Part shown: positions 50,601 through 62,300 of the stretch, one piece after another
Numbering within the stretch: position 1 is the stretch's first letter
Layout of the letters: each line of letters opens with the position of its first letter
DNA from: Phoronis australis
Taxonomy: Eukaryota > Animalia > Phoronida
NCBI GenBank assembly: GCA_002633005.1
Contig: NMRA01000046.1
Coordinates: 321,028 to 385,027 of the forward strand
Direction: 5' to 3'
DNA: 64,000 nt
The notes under the pieces: generated by a model
Database searches by the model: none
Told to the model about the DNA's origin: nothing
Seen by the model: the letters and a program-made list of their open reading frames with translations, nothing else
Program-made: the position numbers and the translations under genes

Positions 50601-53305
50601 AGATCCATTAAAAGAATTTTAGTATCCAAAATAGCGATTGCGAACTACAATAATATTGGACAAGTTATACGATGCAGTTATGTAGTTTACCCAACAGGTG
50701 TGTGCGTATTTGGTCCATGCACATATGTAAAGCTGTGCCTATATCGAGAATTAATCACATGTGTCTATGTCGAAACAGTTGGTTATGAACTGGAGCAAGT
50801 TTTTGAAGTATAATGTAAGTGAATCTTACATCATCCGGTTCAGAATGGTAAACGTTGACATGCATTTGGCTTTATGTTACAGGGGGGGACGATTACACTT
50901 ATCACACAAAAACGTTTGATGTAGAAACCTTGATCCAAACAATGGTTTTCAAGAAGCCGTTCCAAGGGGTTTCAGAGAATGCACATAAACAAAGTAAAAG
51001 TCACCTACGCCTAAAGCAAATTAGGTTTAGGCGCATGCTTATGTGTGTGGAAATATACTGAAAAAGTGCATTATTTTGAACATACCTGAATGGGCCGAAA
51101 TATGCATGTATGTATATGTCGTTTCACTCTTAACTTTGACTAAGTTAATGATAATTTAGTAAGTAAATTAACAAACATTGTTCTTGTTTTACTTCCACGA
51201 ATGTATGCCAATTCTTCACTTTTTAGCACACATTTTGATGTACAAATTTGATTTTGTCAAATTTCTCAACAAAAAACAATTTCTAGAAAATTCTTCTTGA
51301 TTACGTATTTACTTGGTTTGCATTGTGTTGATGTCAGTAAAGTAATCAGCCTTCTGAAGTAAAGAATGACAAATTATTTTTATGAGGCAAAATTGGTGAA
51401 GAATTAGTGTACTCAGTGAGCTCTGGTGCAAGATATTGCAGAAAAATTCCTTTGTATATCCTAATTTGTGAGAGTATTTTCATTTCCAGCATCAATGATG
51501 TATCAGTACTATGTTAAGATTGTACCTACCACTTACCAAAAGTTGAATGAAAAGGTAATTGTTTTCTGTTTTATAACTGTATTTTGCATGGCCCCAGCCC
51601 CCAGTGCGCACGTCCTCGGAAATTGTTTATGTCAAATCACTGTTTTAAAAACACAACTGTTTCTAGTATTATCATAGCACTATGTAATTGGTCACTGGGT
51701 ACATCATTTTTATCATTTTTGTCGGTAACTCCCCCCCCTCGTATTATGAGTTATTTGTCATTTGTCAGCGATTTCTGAGCTTAGCACTGCTGGTTTGCTT
51801 GAATGATTTTGCCCTTAATTTTTACAGCGACACGTGTGTCTATTGTTTTTACAAGAAGAAAGGTAGCTAATTGTACAATATACTATGTGGATTCACCAAC
51901 TAACCTGCCACGAGGAACTCTCATAAATGCAAGAGCTCTCAGCAGACCATGTAGTTACACTAGCTTTACTCTCGAAATTCTTGCATCTACTTAACACAGC
52001 CTGGTCTGTACTTTCACAAATTGGGTGGAAATTTTGCGAGTAAAATTATGTTGCTCAAAACGTCGTCACATACCAATGCTTCTTGTCTAGATATTGTTTT
52101 CCAAGCACAAAATCAAAATTTGTTGCTCTAAGGCAATTGTGTAGTTCAGACTAAAAAGACTTGTTACCCTTTGAACATCAGCCACATATTGATGATGCTG
52201 GTTTGTTTGTATTGTTCATCTCCTTCACGACCATTAAAAAATAGTATACCTTGAAATGAAGTGTAAAACTGTAACATATTGAATTGAGTGTTCACATGGG
52301 CGGCGCAGCACTGACAAAGTGGGGGACTAAAGCCCCCTAGCCCCCCTGTGGTGCACCGCTCATAGACCATGGGTGGCACAGCACTGAAAAAAGTGGGGGC
52401 TATAGCCCCCGTGATGCGCCACCCAAGGTTCAACAATACCTCTGGATTTTGTTGTTACATTCAGTTTCTTTAATTTGTTTTTCCAGCCTTATCTCACTAA
52501 TCAGTACTCTGTAACTAAACATTCCAAGGAAGTAGGTGGGTTCACTGGTGAACAGGGACTACCAGGTGTTTTCATAATGTATGAACTGTCGCCAATGATG
52601 GTCAAGTATACGGAGAAACGCAGGTAAGCATCCGTGACATGCCTTCTTGAGCAGTGGGAGATTGATCATGTACGACCCTGTATTAGGAGATAATCCTTGG
52701 CAGTGAGTGGCATAAAGGAACACCCTTGACTTTGTAGAAGGCCCTTTAGCAGTGTATGCGATTAGATATGATTTGTTTTAAGTTGTCTCCTTGCCCTCTA
52801 GACACCACTAGTATCCAGTCTCAAGTGATTAGTCACTACATTGGTATATCCAATCATTAATTACTTTCACATTATTATGACACATATTACCTAGTAACCT
52901 TACCATTTCAGACTTCATCTTGTCTATTGCAGGTCTTTCATGCACTTTTTGACTGCAGTGTGCGCCATAGTTGGTGGTATATTTACAGGTAAGTTTCACA
53001 CTTTGCGTTTGTTGTGGCCCTGTCTTATTCAAGTTTGTTGTGGCCCTGTCTTATTCAAGTTTGTTGTGGCCCTGTCTTATTCAAGTTTGGTGCTCCTTCA
53101 CCTTGCAGCCTTTTTCACATACACTGTACAGTATCAAACTTTAATAGCCATTGGAATTCCTGGTTTACTTTAATTTTATTGAATATTTATATTATTAACA
53201 CGCTACTTTTTGTGATTTGTTTTAGTGGCTGGTATTATCGACGCAATGATCTACCACTCGAGTAAAGCTCTCCAACAAAAAATCGATTTGGGAAAGGCAA
53301 CATGA
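29586..53305 (+). CDS. ERGIC3: Endoplasmic reticulum-Golgi intermediate compartment protein 3 (Erv46 family), 13 exons, 386 aa
   Basis: Exons 29586-29682, 32124-32282, 32714-32827, 37656-37687, 38511-38578 (duplicate 39045-39112), 41381-41546, 43154-43211, 44127-44158, 44648-44744, 51490-51554, 52487-52623, 52933-52988, 53226-53305; 1161 nt in frame. Motifs [45 protein letters not shown] and C-terminal KIDLGKAT. Confidence 0.96.
30451..31189 (-). mobile_element. Solo LTR (739 bp)
   Basis: TGTCA...TGACA termini and 5-bp TSD GTCAT. Minus-strand TATA-like (~30856) and AATAAA (~30557). It interrupts a copy of the 2930-4120 repeat family, whose sequence resumes after it. Confidence 0.8.
32124..32282 (+). 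CDS. ERGIC3: ERGIC3 exon 2
   Basis: [53 protein letters not shown]. Confidence 0.95.
32714..32827 (+). CDS. ERGIC3: ERGIC3 exon 3
   Basis: [25 protein letters not shown]. Confidence 0.95.
33528..33770. mobile_element. Short sister of the 22658-23681 element
   Basis: Same asymmetric ends, 5-bp TSD AAAAT. Confidence 0.8.
34451..35003. mobile_element. PIF/Harbinger-type MITE
   Basis: ~40-bp TIRs GGGCTGTTCCA..., TAA TSD. Confidence 0.85.
37656..37687 (+). CDS. ERGIC3: ERGIC3 exon 4 (32 nt)
   Basis: TTTCTCAG|[11 protein letters not shown]|GTTTGT; needed to bridge phase 1 to phase 0. Confidence 0.8.
38511..38578 (+). CDS. ERGIC3: ERGIC3 exon 5 (identical second copy at 39045-39112)
   Basis: [22 protein letters not shown]. 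Confidence 0.9.
38674..39412. repeat. 18-bp minisatellite (TTTAGGCCCGTGTGCACA)n in two blocks (~38674-38783 and ~39208-39412)
   Basis: Direct reading; produces periodic ORFs (CTFRPV)n. Confidence 0.9.
39869..39909 (-). ncRNA. Minimal type-I hammerhead ribozyme (Penelope-like element remnant)
   Basis: Minus strand UGAUC-CUGAUGA-U-GUCU[GAUGAAU]AGAC-GAAAC-GUC-GAUUG: intact core, helix I and helix II, and a loopless palindromic helix III. Confidence 0.75.
41381..41546 (+). CDS. ERGIC3: ERGIC3 exon 6
   Basis: [19 protein letters not shown]...[13 protein letters not shown]. Confidence 0.96.
43154..43211 (+). CDS. ERGIC3: ERGIC3 exon 7
   Basis: [19 protein letters not shown]. Confidence 0.95.
43701..43877. 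repeat. 57-bp tandem repeat x3
   Basis: AAATGTGCCACTCCACAGACCCCAAG...TTACAAT repeated three times. Confidence 0.9.
44127..44158 (+). CDS. ERGIC3: ERGIC3 exon 8
   Basis: [11 protein letters not shown]; TTTCAG| and |GTAAGT. Confidence 0.92.
44648..44744 (+). CDS. ERGIC3: ERGIC3 exon 9
   Basis: [25 protein letters not shown]. Confidence 0.95.
46374..46414 (-). ncRNA. Second, more degenerate minimal hammerhead copy
   Basis: CUGAUGA-U-GUCU[CAUGAAU]AGAU-GAAAC-GUU inside a ~68-bp repeat shared with 39840-39907. Confidence 0.5.
48110..48810 (-). repeat. Inverted copy of the 3409-4120 repeat family
   Basis: Reverse-complement similarity over ~700 bp. Confidence 0.65.
49504..49575 (+). tRNA. tRNA-Pro (anticodon CGG), in ERGIC3 intron 9
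   Basis: Acceptor GGCCAAG/CTTGGCC, A-box TGGTCTAGTGG, anticodon arm CTCGC-TTCGGGT-GCGAG, T-arm CCGGG-TTCGACT-CCCGG, and a T-run terminator just downstream. Confidence 0.95.
51490..51554 (+). CDS. ERGIC3: ERGIC3 exon 10
   Basis: [21 protein letters not shown]. Confidence 0.95.
52295..52427. mobile_element. Tandem dimer of the CATGGG MITE
   Basis: Two head-to-tail units inside one 5-bp TSD GTTCA. Confidence 0.7.
52487..52623 (+). CDS. ERGIC3: ERGIC3 exon 11
   Basis: [12 protein letters not shown]...[22 protein letters not shown]. Confidence 0.95.
52933..52988 (+). CDS. ERGIC3: ERGIC3 exon 12
   Basis: [18 protein letters not shown]. Confidence 0.95.
53008..53089. repeat. 26-bp tandem repeat x3
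   Basis: TTTGTTGTGGCCCTGTCTTATTCAAG repeated. Confidence 0.9.
53226..53305 (+). CDS. ERGIC3: ERGIC3 exon 13 (last)
   Basis: [26 protein letters not shown]. Confidence 0.95.
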
Positions 53306-54249
53306 CGGTTTTGGCTTCTAACATTCGACAACTCTATCATTGTTAAGTCATTGTTGATGCATATTCTGTGGTTCAATATGCTGTTAATATTCAAACATTC
53401 ATTTTTCTACTCTATGAACATCGACTATTGAGTTTTTAGGTATGATTCTGTTGCTGTTCTACATTTCCTCAGTGGTGATGTTGTAAATATTGTTTCAGTA
53501 TTCTATTTTTCAGTAAAACCATGTTTTGAAGCCCCAGGCAGTGCCATCATTGTGTTTTGATGTCAAACCCTTAATTTTCAACAGCTCTCCTTATTACACA
53601 CGAAAAACCATGGACCAATGAATGGAGTTCACTGTTTGCTTCAACACGGATTCAGTACTAGTAAATTGACTTGCTCCATCGTAAAGTTTACAGTTAACAT
53701 AATTAGTGCTGCTTGGGATTTCAACCTTTTCTTATCGGCTTATCGGATCTGCTAGTGGTGAATAAAAAACAAAGCATTTGACCTAGTTTATGTTTTGACT
53801 GCAGTCCAGCACTGAAAGACTTTTTGGGGTATGAATGGTCCTTTATTTGATCCTCAAACCGTTAAAAATTCCTGTAATGTCACGAAATCAATTTAAGCAC
53901 CTCTGAACATTTTCTCAACTAACTAGTAATCAACTTTAATGTTTATTCATCTCCAATCTCATCTTCGTATTATAATATTATGAATTCATTTCCCAAAAAT
54001 GAACAAATGGATACTTTATAAAAGTTCACAGTGTTGACAAAGCAAGGTTGCAATTGCAGTGTATTGTGATTGGTTGTGCATAGCAAAGTAAATATAAAAT
54101 TCACTTTAGTTCACTGGCGTCGACCAACAGGGTAATTACAAATGCCAAAGTCGATCATTGGCATTTTTATGTATGTTCAATAGATAAATGGTGTAAGGTA
54201 ATTTATCCCATATAACAGCATTACAATACATTAATGAACTCCAAAAATA

Positions 54250-54856
54250 CAAAGGCAAATGTAAAAAAATTGCCACTAGAGTGCACAGTGGTATTTGGAT
54301 CAGTTCAACACTTGTTAATGTTTGTCGTCTGCTCCATAGGAATACATGTGTCAAATTTCACAAAGCTCTTTCAAAGAGTTAAGGAGATTCAGCCACAGAC
54401 CCTAAAAAACAAAATCGCCACTAGGGGCGAAACAGGAAGACCCATTCCAATGTCAACATCAACTGTGGCCATCTTGTCAGAAACACATACCAGTACATAA
54501 ATTTTCCTGATCCTTTAAGCGGTATGGCAGATAGGGAGGCGGATGCCAGAGAACGAATACAAAAATGGCCAAAAGGTGGCGTAAAAACCTGTTCAATCCT
54601 ATTTGCTGAATTTCAAGAAAATCCATTAACTAAAGCAACTCGGAAGATACACTAAAGCAGATGTAAGTAAATGAAACTGCCACTAGGGGGCACAGCAGTA
54701 TTCGGATCAGTCCAAAATTCATCTGTCGTGAGTATCATAGGAACACGCGTGCCAAGTCTAATTATGATCCTGCAACGGGGTTTACGAGATGTCGATGCCC
54801 AGACAGAGATAGGGGCAATGTGCATCCACATATGAATTTGTGAGTGCATAAAAACC
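54250..54856 (-). mobile_element. HINE-like element, minus orientation
   Basis: 5' end TTTTTATGCACTCACA (reverse) and internal units ending in GCCACTAG motifs. Confidence 0.6.
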
Positions 54857-55273
54857 ACATGTAAAGTTATACACTACCAGAAAGAAGAAAAACTGCAACA
54901 CAGTTTGTAGATTGTGAACAATTATAATAAGGATACAAGAGAAATACAAAATTCACATAATCACTGATAGTGACAAATTTGCACAATTACAAACACAAAT
55001 GACTACAAACAGCAACTTAAAAAATTAACAAAAATTTTAGACAAAATATTTTGCAACGTGAGTTTGCAGATCCTTTTCACACCAGAAAGTAACAATCAAA
55101 GTGTGGTAACTGGAGATTTGCTTTTGGTGCAGAATATCTACTATATTTTTTTAAAAAGCTGTTATAACTCCACCTTCAGTAAAAGTAAGCAACTCTTAAT
55201 TTAGACCCCTTCCCATAATAGAACTGGTTCTTGAACTTGTTCCTTACTCAGATTAGGAATGACTATCGACTTA

Positions 55274-55524
55274 GGGCTGTTCCAGCAAAATCTGTGTGGG
55301 AGGGGGGGAAGGCAACTGAAATAAAAATTTATGGGTGGTTGCGTTTGACTTAAATTCAAAATAGCTGGTGGTCGTACTTCAAAAAAATTAAAATTTACAG
55401 GTCGTTGTTGTTTCACTGGGCCATAAATGTTTGATGGTGGGTAATTTTAGTAAATTTTATAAACAATCTGCACAGAATCAAAAACTGAAACAAAAATGCA
55501 ACTTGCAAAGAGCTCCGACTTTTT
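55274..55524. mobile_element. Left half of a PIF/Harbinger MITE, cut by the assembly gap at 55525
   Basis: Near-identical to 34451-34700. Confidence 0.8.
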
Positions 55525-56253
55525 NTGATGCACACAACAACCTGCCAACTTATTAAGCCGGGTCTTCACCAATTACAACTGAATGATAACTTATTGCAAG
55601 TACAAAAACACCTCAAATCTCTGTAAGGAACAAGTCGAGGCCAATTTCATAACTGTAAGTGGCAACAATCTAAACGGACAGAAAACAAGGTTACAACAAA
55701 AGTCAAGCTAAATGAAATTGCCAGCACAACCATGAACCAATGGATACAAAAGAAAAAATTACAAATTATTCTCTGGTGATGCAATTATATCGAATCATCT
55801 TTCTGAAAACCAGGCATAAATAACTTAATATGTAAAACCAGCGCAGACATTTATCTAATTAGTGAAGTCAAATCTGAAAATATTTGACCGAGTTTGTAAT
55901 AAAATCTCCCGTTTCAGATTTTGAAGCTATAAAACAAAAGAAAAACATCCTTGTGCACCTTTCACTCTCACAGGGTCTGTTTACAAAACAGTAGAAAATA
56001 TTCCATTTGGAAATTGCACTTGGTTAAAGTATCCGGTTATAGGTTGCTCTGTTGGAAATATGTATGAAATATTTTGCCTTAAGCACTAACAAAAACTTAG
56101 AAGAAATATTAAACTTGCAGTGGTGTATGCAAATGATACAGAAGAGATTATTCACATCTTTACTTAACAGGTCAACTTTAGTATCTGTTTTTATTAACCA
56201 TCTCAACTCCATATACAGGGCTCCATCGGTTACTCAGCACATTCTCATTCATT

Positions 56254-56389
56254 CTAGTTAATTTCCACTACGATGCTTGTTGATATAACGTCATAGGCGG
56301 CTCGACCGTGTTGAAAGAACATCACAGTGAAACAGACTGGGAAGAAGAAAGCTATGGAGAAGTTTTTGACCACAGATCTGGCGAGTGAG
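56254..56389 (-). CDS. FAM8A1: FAM8A1 exon 5
   Basis: SLARSVVKNFSIAFFFPVCFTVMFFQHGRAAYDVISTSIVVEIN*. Confidence 0.93.
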
Positions 56390-59300
56390 CTGAAATGAGC
56401 AACACACAGTCATGAATAGAGTGTTATCTGAACACATTATTGATACAGAAAACAACAGCAATAGTCAGTAACAGGGTACCAGATTTTCAGATGCAGTTTG
56501 ATGCCAGTTATTCAGTGGAGAAAGTTGGTTATCAAAATGCAGGACTCCTGTAAATGACTTACCCAAAACAAATCTTTTTCTTCATGTCATTACAAACAAG
56601 AGCAATGCAGAGCATTGAAATGCACTCACCACTACAACACAAATGGTGTGCTTCTAATGGTGTTTTTGGTATCACAAAAATGACCAATGGATGGCACAGA
56701 TTATGTCAAACCCATCCTAAATTGGGAAAGCGTCGCTTTCTCTCTACTTCAAAACAATTTTTCAAATTTCATGAAAATCAACCATCAAGTAACTCCCAAA
56801 GATACAGCAGCAAACTTGAATGCAAAAAAATAAAATTTCCACTATGGGGCATAGCGGTAGTCAAATCGGTCTGAAACTTATGTTTTCGTCAGCTTCATGT
56901 CAAATGTAATGATCATGCTAGAGGTTTAGGAGATACAGCCACAGATGCCAGACGGAACTGACGGCATTATGAACACACAAATATGTGGGCGCATAAAAAT
57001 GAGTGGCATCCAATCCAAAGTTATACGAAGCGAGTATTTGTTAAGAAACACAATATTTCCGCTTGACATTTGTGGTAATGTTCTGGCATATGAGTGAAAC
57101 GCTCCCCTCAGTGTCAACGAAAATTATGTTGATTTCCGGGACATTAGAGACTTCTTCAGGTACCCGAAAATAGAAATTAAAGCTGCATTTTGCACTATTT
57201 AGGTAGCCATAAAATTAAATTAGGTCTTTTGCTCTCATAAAATTGATTTCACAACATTCCTTACCATGATAACCTATATTTCTGTTACCAACAAGAACAT
57301 CACAATTATCAGAGACTCAAGAAATGCTTACGAGTTTATTGGGGTTGGCCAACCTTAAAATTGCGGATTCAAAAATTCAGGACACATATTGTTAGTGAGG
57401 GTATCAGGGCAAAGTATTGTTAAAGAGGATAAGACGGCATCATATTGCTAAAGAGGATTAGAGAGCACCGTATTGTTAATGATGATTAGAGGATACCGTA
57501 TTGCTAATGAGGGTTACAGGGCACTGTATTGCTATTAATGAGTGGTACAGAGCACTGTATTGCTAATGAGGGTTACAGGGCACTGTATTGTTAATGGGGG
57601 TTACAGGGCACTGTATTGTTAATGAGAGTTACAAGGCACTGTATTGTTAATGAGGGTTACAGGGCACCATATTGTTAATGAAGGTTACAGGGCACTGTAT
57701 TGTTAATGAGGGTTACAGGGCACCATTGTTAATGAGGGTTACAGGGCACTGTATTGTTAATGAGGGTTACAGGGCACCATATTGCTAATGAGGGTACAGA
57801 GCACTGTATTGTTAAGGAGGGTTACAGGGCACTGTATTGTTAATGAGGGTTACAGGGCACCGTATTGCTAATGAGGGTTACAGGGCACCGTATTGCTAAT
57901 GAGGGTTACAGGGCACTGTATTGTTAATGAAGGATACATAGAACTGTATTGCTAATAAGGGTTACTAGGCATCGCGTTGTTTCAATGACACAAGTGATCT
58001 AGTTGTAGTTAGTTTAGCCTAAAACAGGGTTTGTGTACTTATTAAAAAATGAAGACTTGTATTCTTATGCCATTTGCATAAAATCATTTGCATAAAATCA
58101 TTTGCATAAAATCACTTGCATAAAATCATTTGCATAAAATCATTTGCATAAAATCATTTGCATAAAATCATTTGCATAAAATCACTCTGACCAAACAAAT
58201 CAAGTAATTGCTTTTGCCACTAACACTTACTTAAGAAAGCCAATATTTCTGGCAGGTATCACGTACAACTTCCCATTGTTCAGAGTCACCACATCAATAC
58301 AAGAGACGACCTTTAACCCCATGACTCGTTTTCCAGGTGTTGATCCTCCAGGACTGCCACCAACTCCTTTCCGCAAGCACAGTGCCTGTCAACAGTTTTA
58401 ATGGTGCCGTTAAAATGTACTAACAAGTTTTCTATGGCACAGTTTATGTGTGGGCCAGTTCCAATACTGGAATGGATTCTCTATCTATTTTATTGTGAAC
58501 AGATTAAACAACAGTACAATGCAAATACACAATTCAAACAATTAACACCCAAATATACTGCCTTCAAGCCTTTTCTGGGCTTAACTCTTATTATTGTACA
58601 TTGAATTTTTCGTAACAAGCATTACAAAAATGTGACAAGCGTAAGTCGAGATTAAGATGTGAAACTTTGGATTAACAAGAAACACTATACTAAGCTGAGT
58701 AAACAAGAGCAAAATCATCTTAATTTGTGTGTTTCGCAGGTGTTAATCCTCATGCAACTCACAATTAAAAAGCAGTTGACAGTAGCACCACTGAGAGATC
58801 GAACATCTCTTATTTGACTTAAAAAACATCTGACCATGTGAAGAGTGTAGATACAAAGGTGGGCTGTAACTACTGTAACAAAAATTACCTCAAATATGGT
58901 AACAAATATTCTATTGACCACTTCCATTACAATGATTTCTGATGAGAGACTCATGGCTTTCTCATAGTCTAATTCCCCTTTCAGCAACATGTAGTCAAAA
59001 TCGAAATGTTCAACATCTCTGTAAGTGTAATATTTCAATTCATTATAAGGTAGTTGCAGCATCAAGGGTGAGAGTGTTTGTATGTGGCTGAGCAACACAC
59101 TCTGTCAATGTTTACTGTACACATTTAGGAAATGTTTGTATTTAGCATGTTGACTGTATAGCTTGCCACATACAAAAGCTGTCATCCTGGACCATATCTT
59201 TGACAAAACGGAGCAGTATAAATTATAGTAAGCAAAATGATAGTCTAGTTGGTCCAAAGCAGAAGCACATTAGTTCACAGCTTGCTGAGCAAACACTTAC

Positions 59301-62300
59301 AGGCATAAATTACAGGAGAAATTGAATAGGCCAACCTTGAATATCAAATCTGCTTACTGAGAACCAGCCAGACTTCCTCTCCCACAAATCTCATAAATGT
59401 TCTCATTCACAGCTTACTTACCTCACAAGCTGTGCTTCCTCTCTCATGAAACATATTTCTTTTTCACTAAACACGTTTCTCTTCCAATGAACCTCAGTCA
59501 AATGCGTGGCACAATGTATTCAAAATTGGTACTATTGGAGATCTTAAGCAATACAAAGTGTTTGTATTAAAGAACTGTATGATACGAGAAAGGGGAATCT
59601 AGCTCATGAAGAAAATATTTGTACACTTTGTGAGAGTGGAAGACTGGCAGCCAAGACTTTTTAACAAACCTCATAAAGACACACGCTAAATCTGTATGTG
59701 ATAGCCCACATCAATAAATGACCATATGCCTGTGACCACATATACATATCAATTACATTGGTCGTGTTGTAATCTTTACTGAAAAATAACATAAACATTC
59801 ATTTACCAATTCTTTTCTGCTCATAAATCTAATAGCAATTTGTAAAAACTCTCATAAACTATAAAATCGTCACATACAATATACACATAATTTAAAATTA
59901 ACGTAAAAATACAGTTTGAAAGATTTGAAAAAACTTCCAATTAACTTCAATACAACATGAAGTCATTTAAAATTTTATTACCAAATCAATCTAACCACTT
60001 TAAACACAAAATATAGTCAGAAAAATAGCAAGAACTCTCCAGAGCTACTTACATCAGACCAAAGTATTCAACGGCCACAAGAGTAACACTCAACTTGATG
60101 ACAAACAAAAGCAGGAAATCAATGAGCTCAGCTACTAGACGTTTCCACAGTGGAGGAACTCTGTATTCTGTTCCTATAATGAAGAGAGGGAGAGTTGACA
60201 CGTACTTTGATAACTGACAGGCACCATCAACTGTGCTGATATTGGTTTTCAAATGCATTGTGGGACTTTTGTCAGCTTGTAAACATCCGCTGACATCACA
60301 GATAACTTAGTGACACTTAAACAACATTTGTAACTTGAGCACAGCAGAACTGAAAGCATGGATCCTCAGCAACATGCCTTGTGGTGCAAGTAAAACTAAG
60401 TCACTGCCACACAAAATTGAAGATTGACAGCAAGTCTCACAATACATCACATAGATGCACAAATTAGCAAAAAATAATGTTTTGCATCTATGATGACATA
60501 TTCTCAAAGCATGTGCCATCCAGTCATGCTGAAGTTTATCTCAGCACCTGAAACAGACATTATAAGCCAGGTTACATGACCCCAAGTTATCAATGATGTC
60601 ACAGGATATTCACCAGCTCACAAAGTCCCACAATACAATTGAAAATGACAGCACCAGAGATAAAATCCTTGGAATTAAAGAGTAAACAGACAAAACACTA
60701 AACTGGCAAATCATTTGCAAAACCTCCAAATTATGAAGTGTGGATATTTTTTCTTTTACTTGCTTAAAAATGTGGAGGTCATATGTCATTAGCTGGGCTC
60801 TTAACACCTCACACACCTTAATTAAAATTTCATATCCAGAGCAATTTTGAATTTTTTAAGATAGGACTCAAATCATTTGGAATAAGTATTATTTGCAGGG
60901 TGGTCTCACTTCAAACATAACCACGCCAAACTGTTATTGAAAAGAGGAGAACTGATTCCATCAAAGGAGAATATGAGCATTAAAAGAATTAAAACTTTCA
61001 AGTAACTGTTTGTACTTTGACCTATGCCAACATAGAAACTCAGACACAATAATTGTAGAATTGTGATCTTTGCAGAGAAATGTTTATACATCACTCACCT
61101 GCCACTATAGGAAGAGAAAACAACCTTTAATTTTTAAGTAAATCTAGCCCCAACAAAATGCTTTGAAGCACCAAAACATCTAGTTTGAATGTCAAAAGCA
61201 CAAATCTTCAAACACATATTTGGGCACTCAGTCAAGTTACGTGTTTGAGAAATCAATAACAACACTAAAGTATTGTCATCCTTTGCTGGAATGTGACAAT
61301 AAAACACCTTGAACAGCCTAATGCTTAACTACGAAGTTCAACTGACTAGGTTGTAGGCTACAGTCACCTCCCATAGTGCCCACTCTGATTCGCCTGTATT
61401 TACCCACAATGTCACATGTCCATGCAGTTTGAACTCTGCAAAACAGAATACTTAAATCCAGGATGTAGGAATTGCGAACTATTTGTAAACTACTTTAGTA
61501 TTTAAGGAAGTGGGGCCCACTCCAAGAAACTGACTTAAGTTCATTTTTGACTTAAATTTAATTCTTTTCTTAACTTTTCAAAACTTTGAAATTCCACATT
61601 CAGTAAGATAGTCAAAATCAAGACAAAACTTATACCAAGCACTTAGACAAACTTAAGATCTCTTTCTTGAAACAGTCTCGAGACAAATTTAACTTTCATT
61701 TTAAAATTTACTAAAATTTAAGATTTGGCTTAGCTGTGTCAGTTTTGTTGGAACGGGCCACTATAAACCCATCTTCAGTTTAAAAAACAAGACTTCATTC
61801 TCAGGGCACATGCCAGGGGCAGATTCGCCACTGCATGCCACTATAAATTAGGTCTTAACTTATTCCTTCTTCAGATCATATTTATGGGTTTGGCAAATAA
61901 CTCAGTTTGTTATTGCTCGAAATAAAGCTAGATAAGTTGTTACATGATGGTGAGTCAATTTAAGAACTGAGCATAATCTCAAGTCGGTCCTACTACAGAT
62001 CAACTTTCAGTTTTCCCCCAAGATGTTAACCTACAAAATCATTCCTTGTCTCAGGAAAGACCAAGCATTACTGGGACCGCTTTTATTGCAGAAAGTGGTC
62101 TAAACCAGATGTTTGTTATTTTGGATACTGAATGCCAGTGGCAGTGCCAAAGTGGGTTTGTTTAGTAAACCGATTACATGTTACAGTGGGACACACTTTC
62201 TTCCGGTTTTAAAATATAAAACTCAGTCTCGGAAATTTGTGTGTTTTGATTTTGCAGTTGATATTGGTGCAGATTTTTTCCGTTTCTGAAGTTCCATGCA

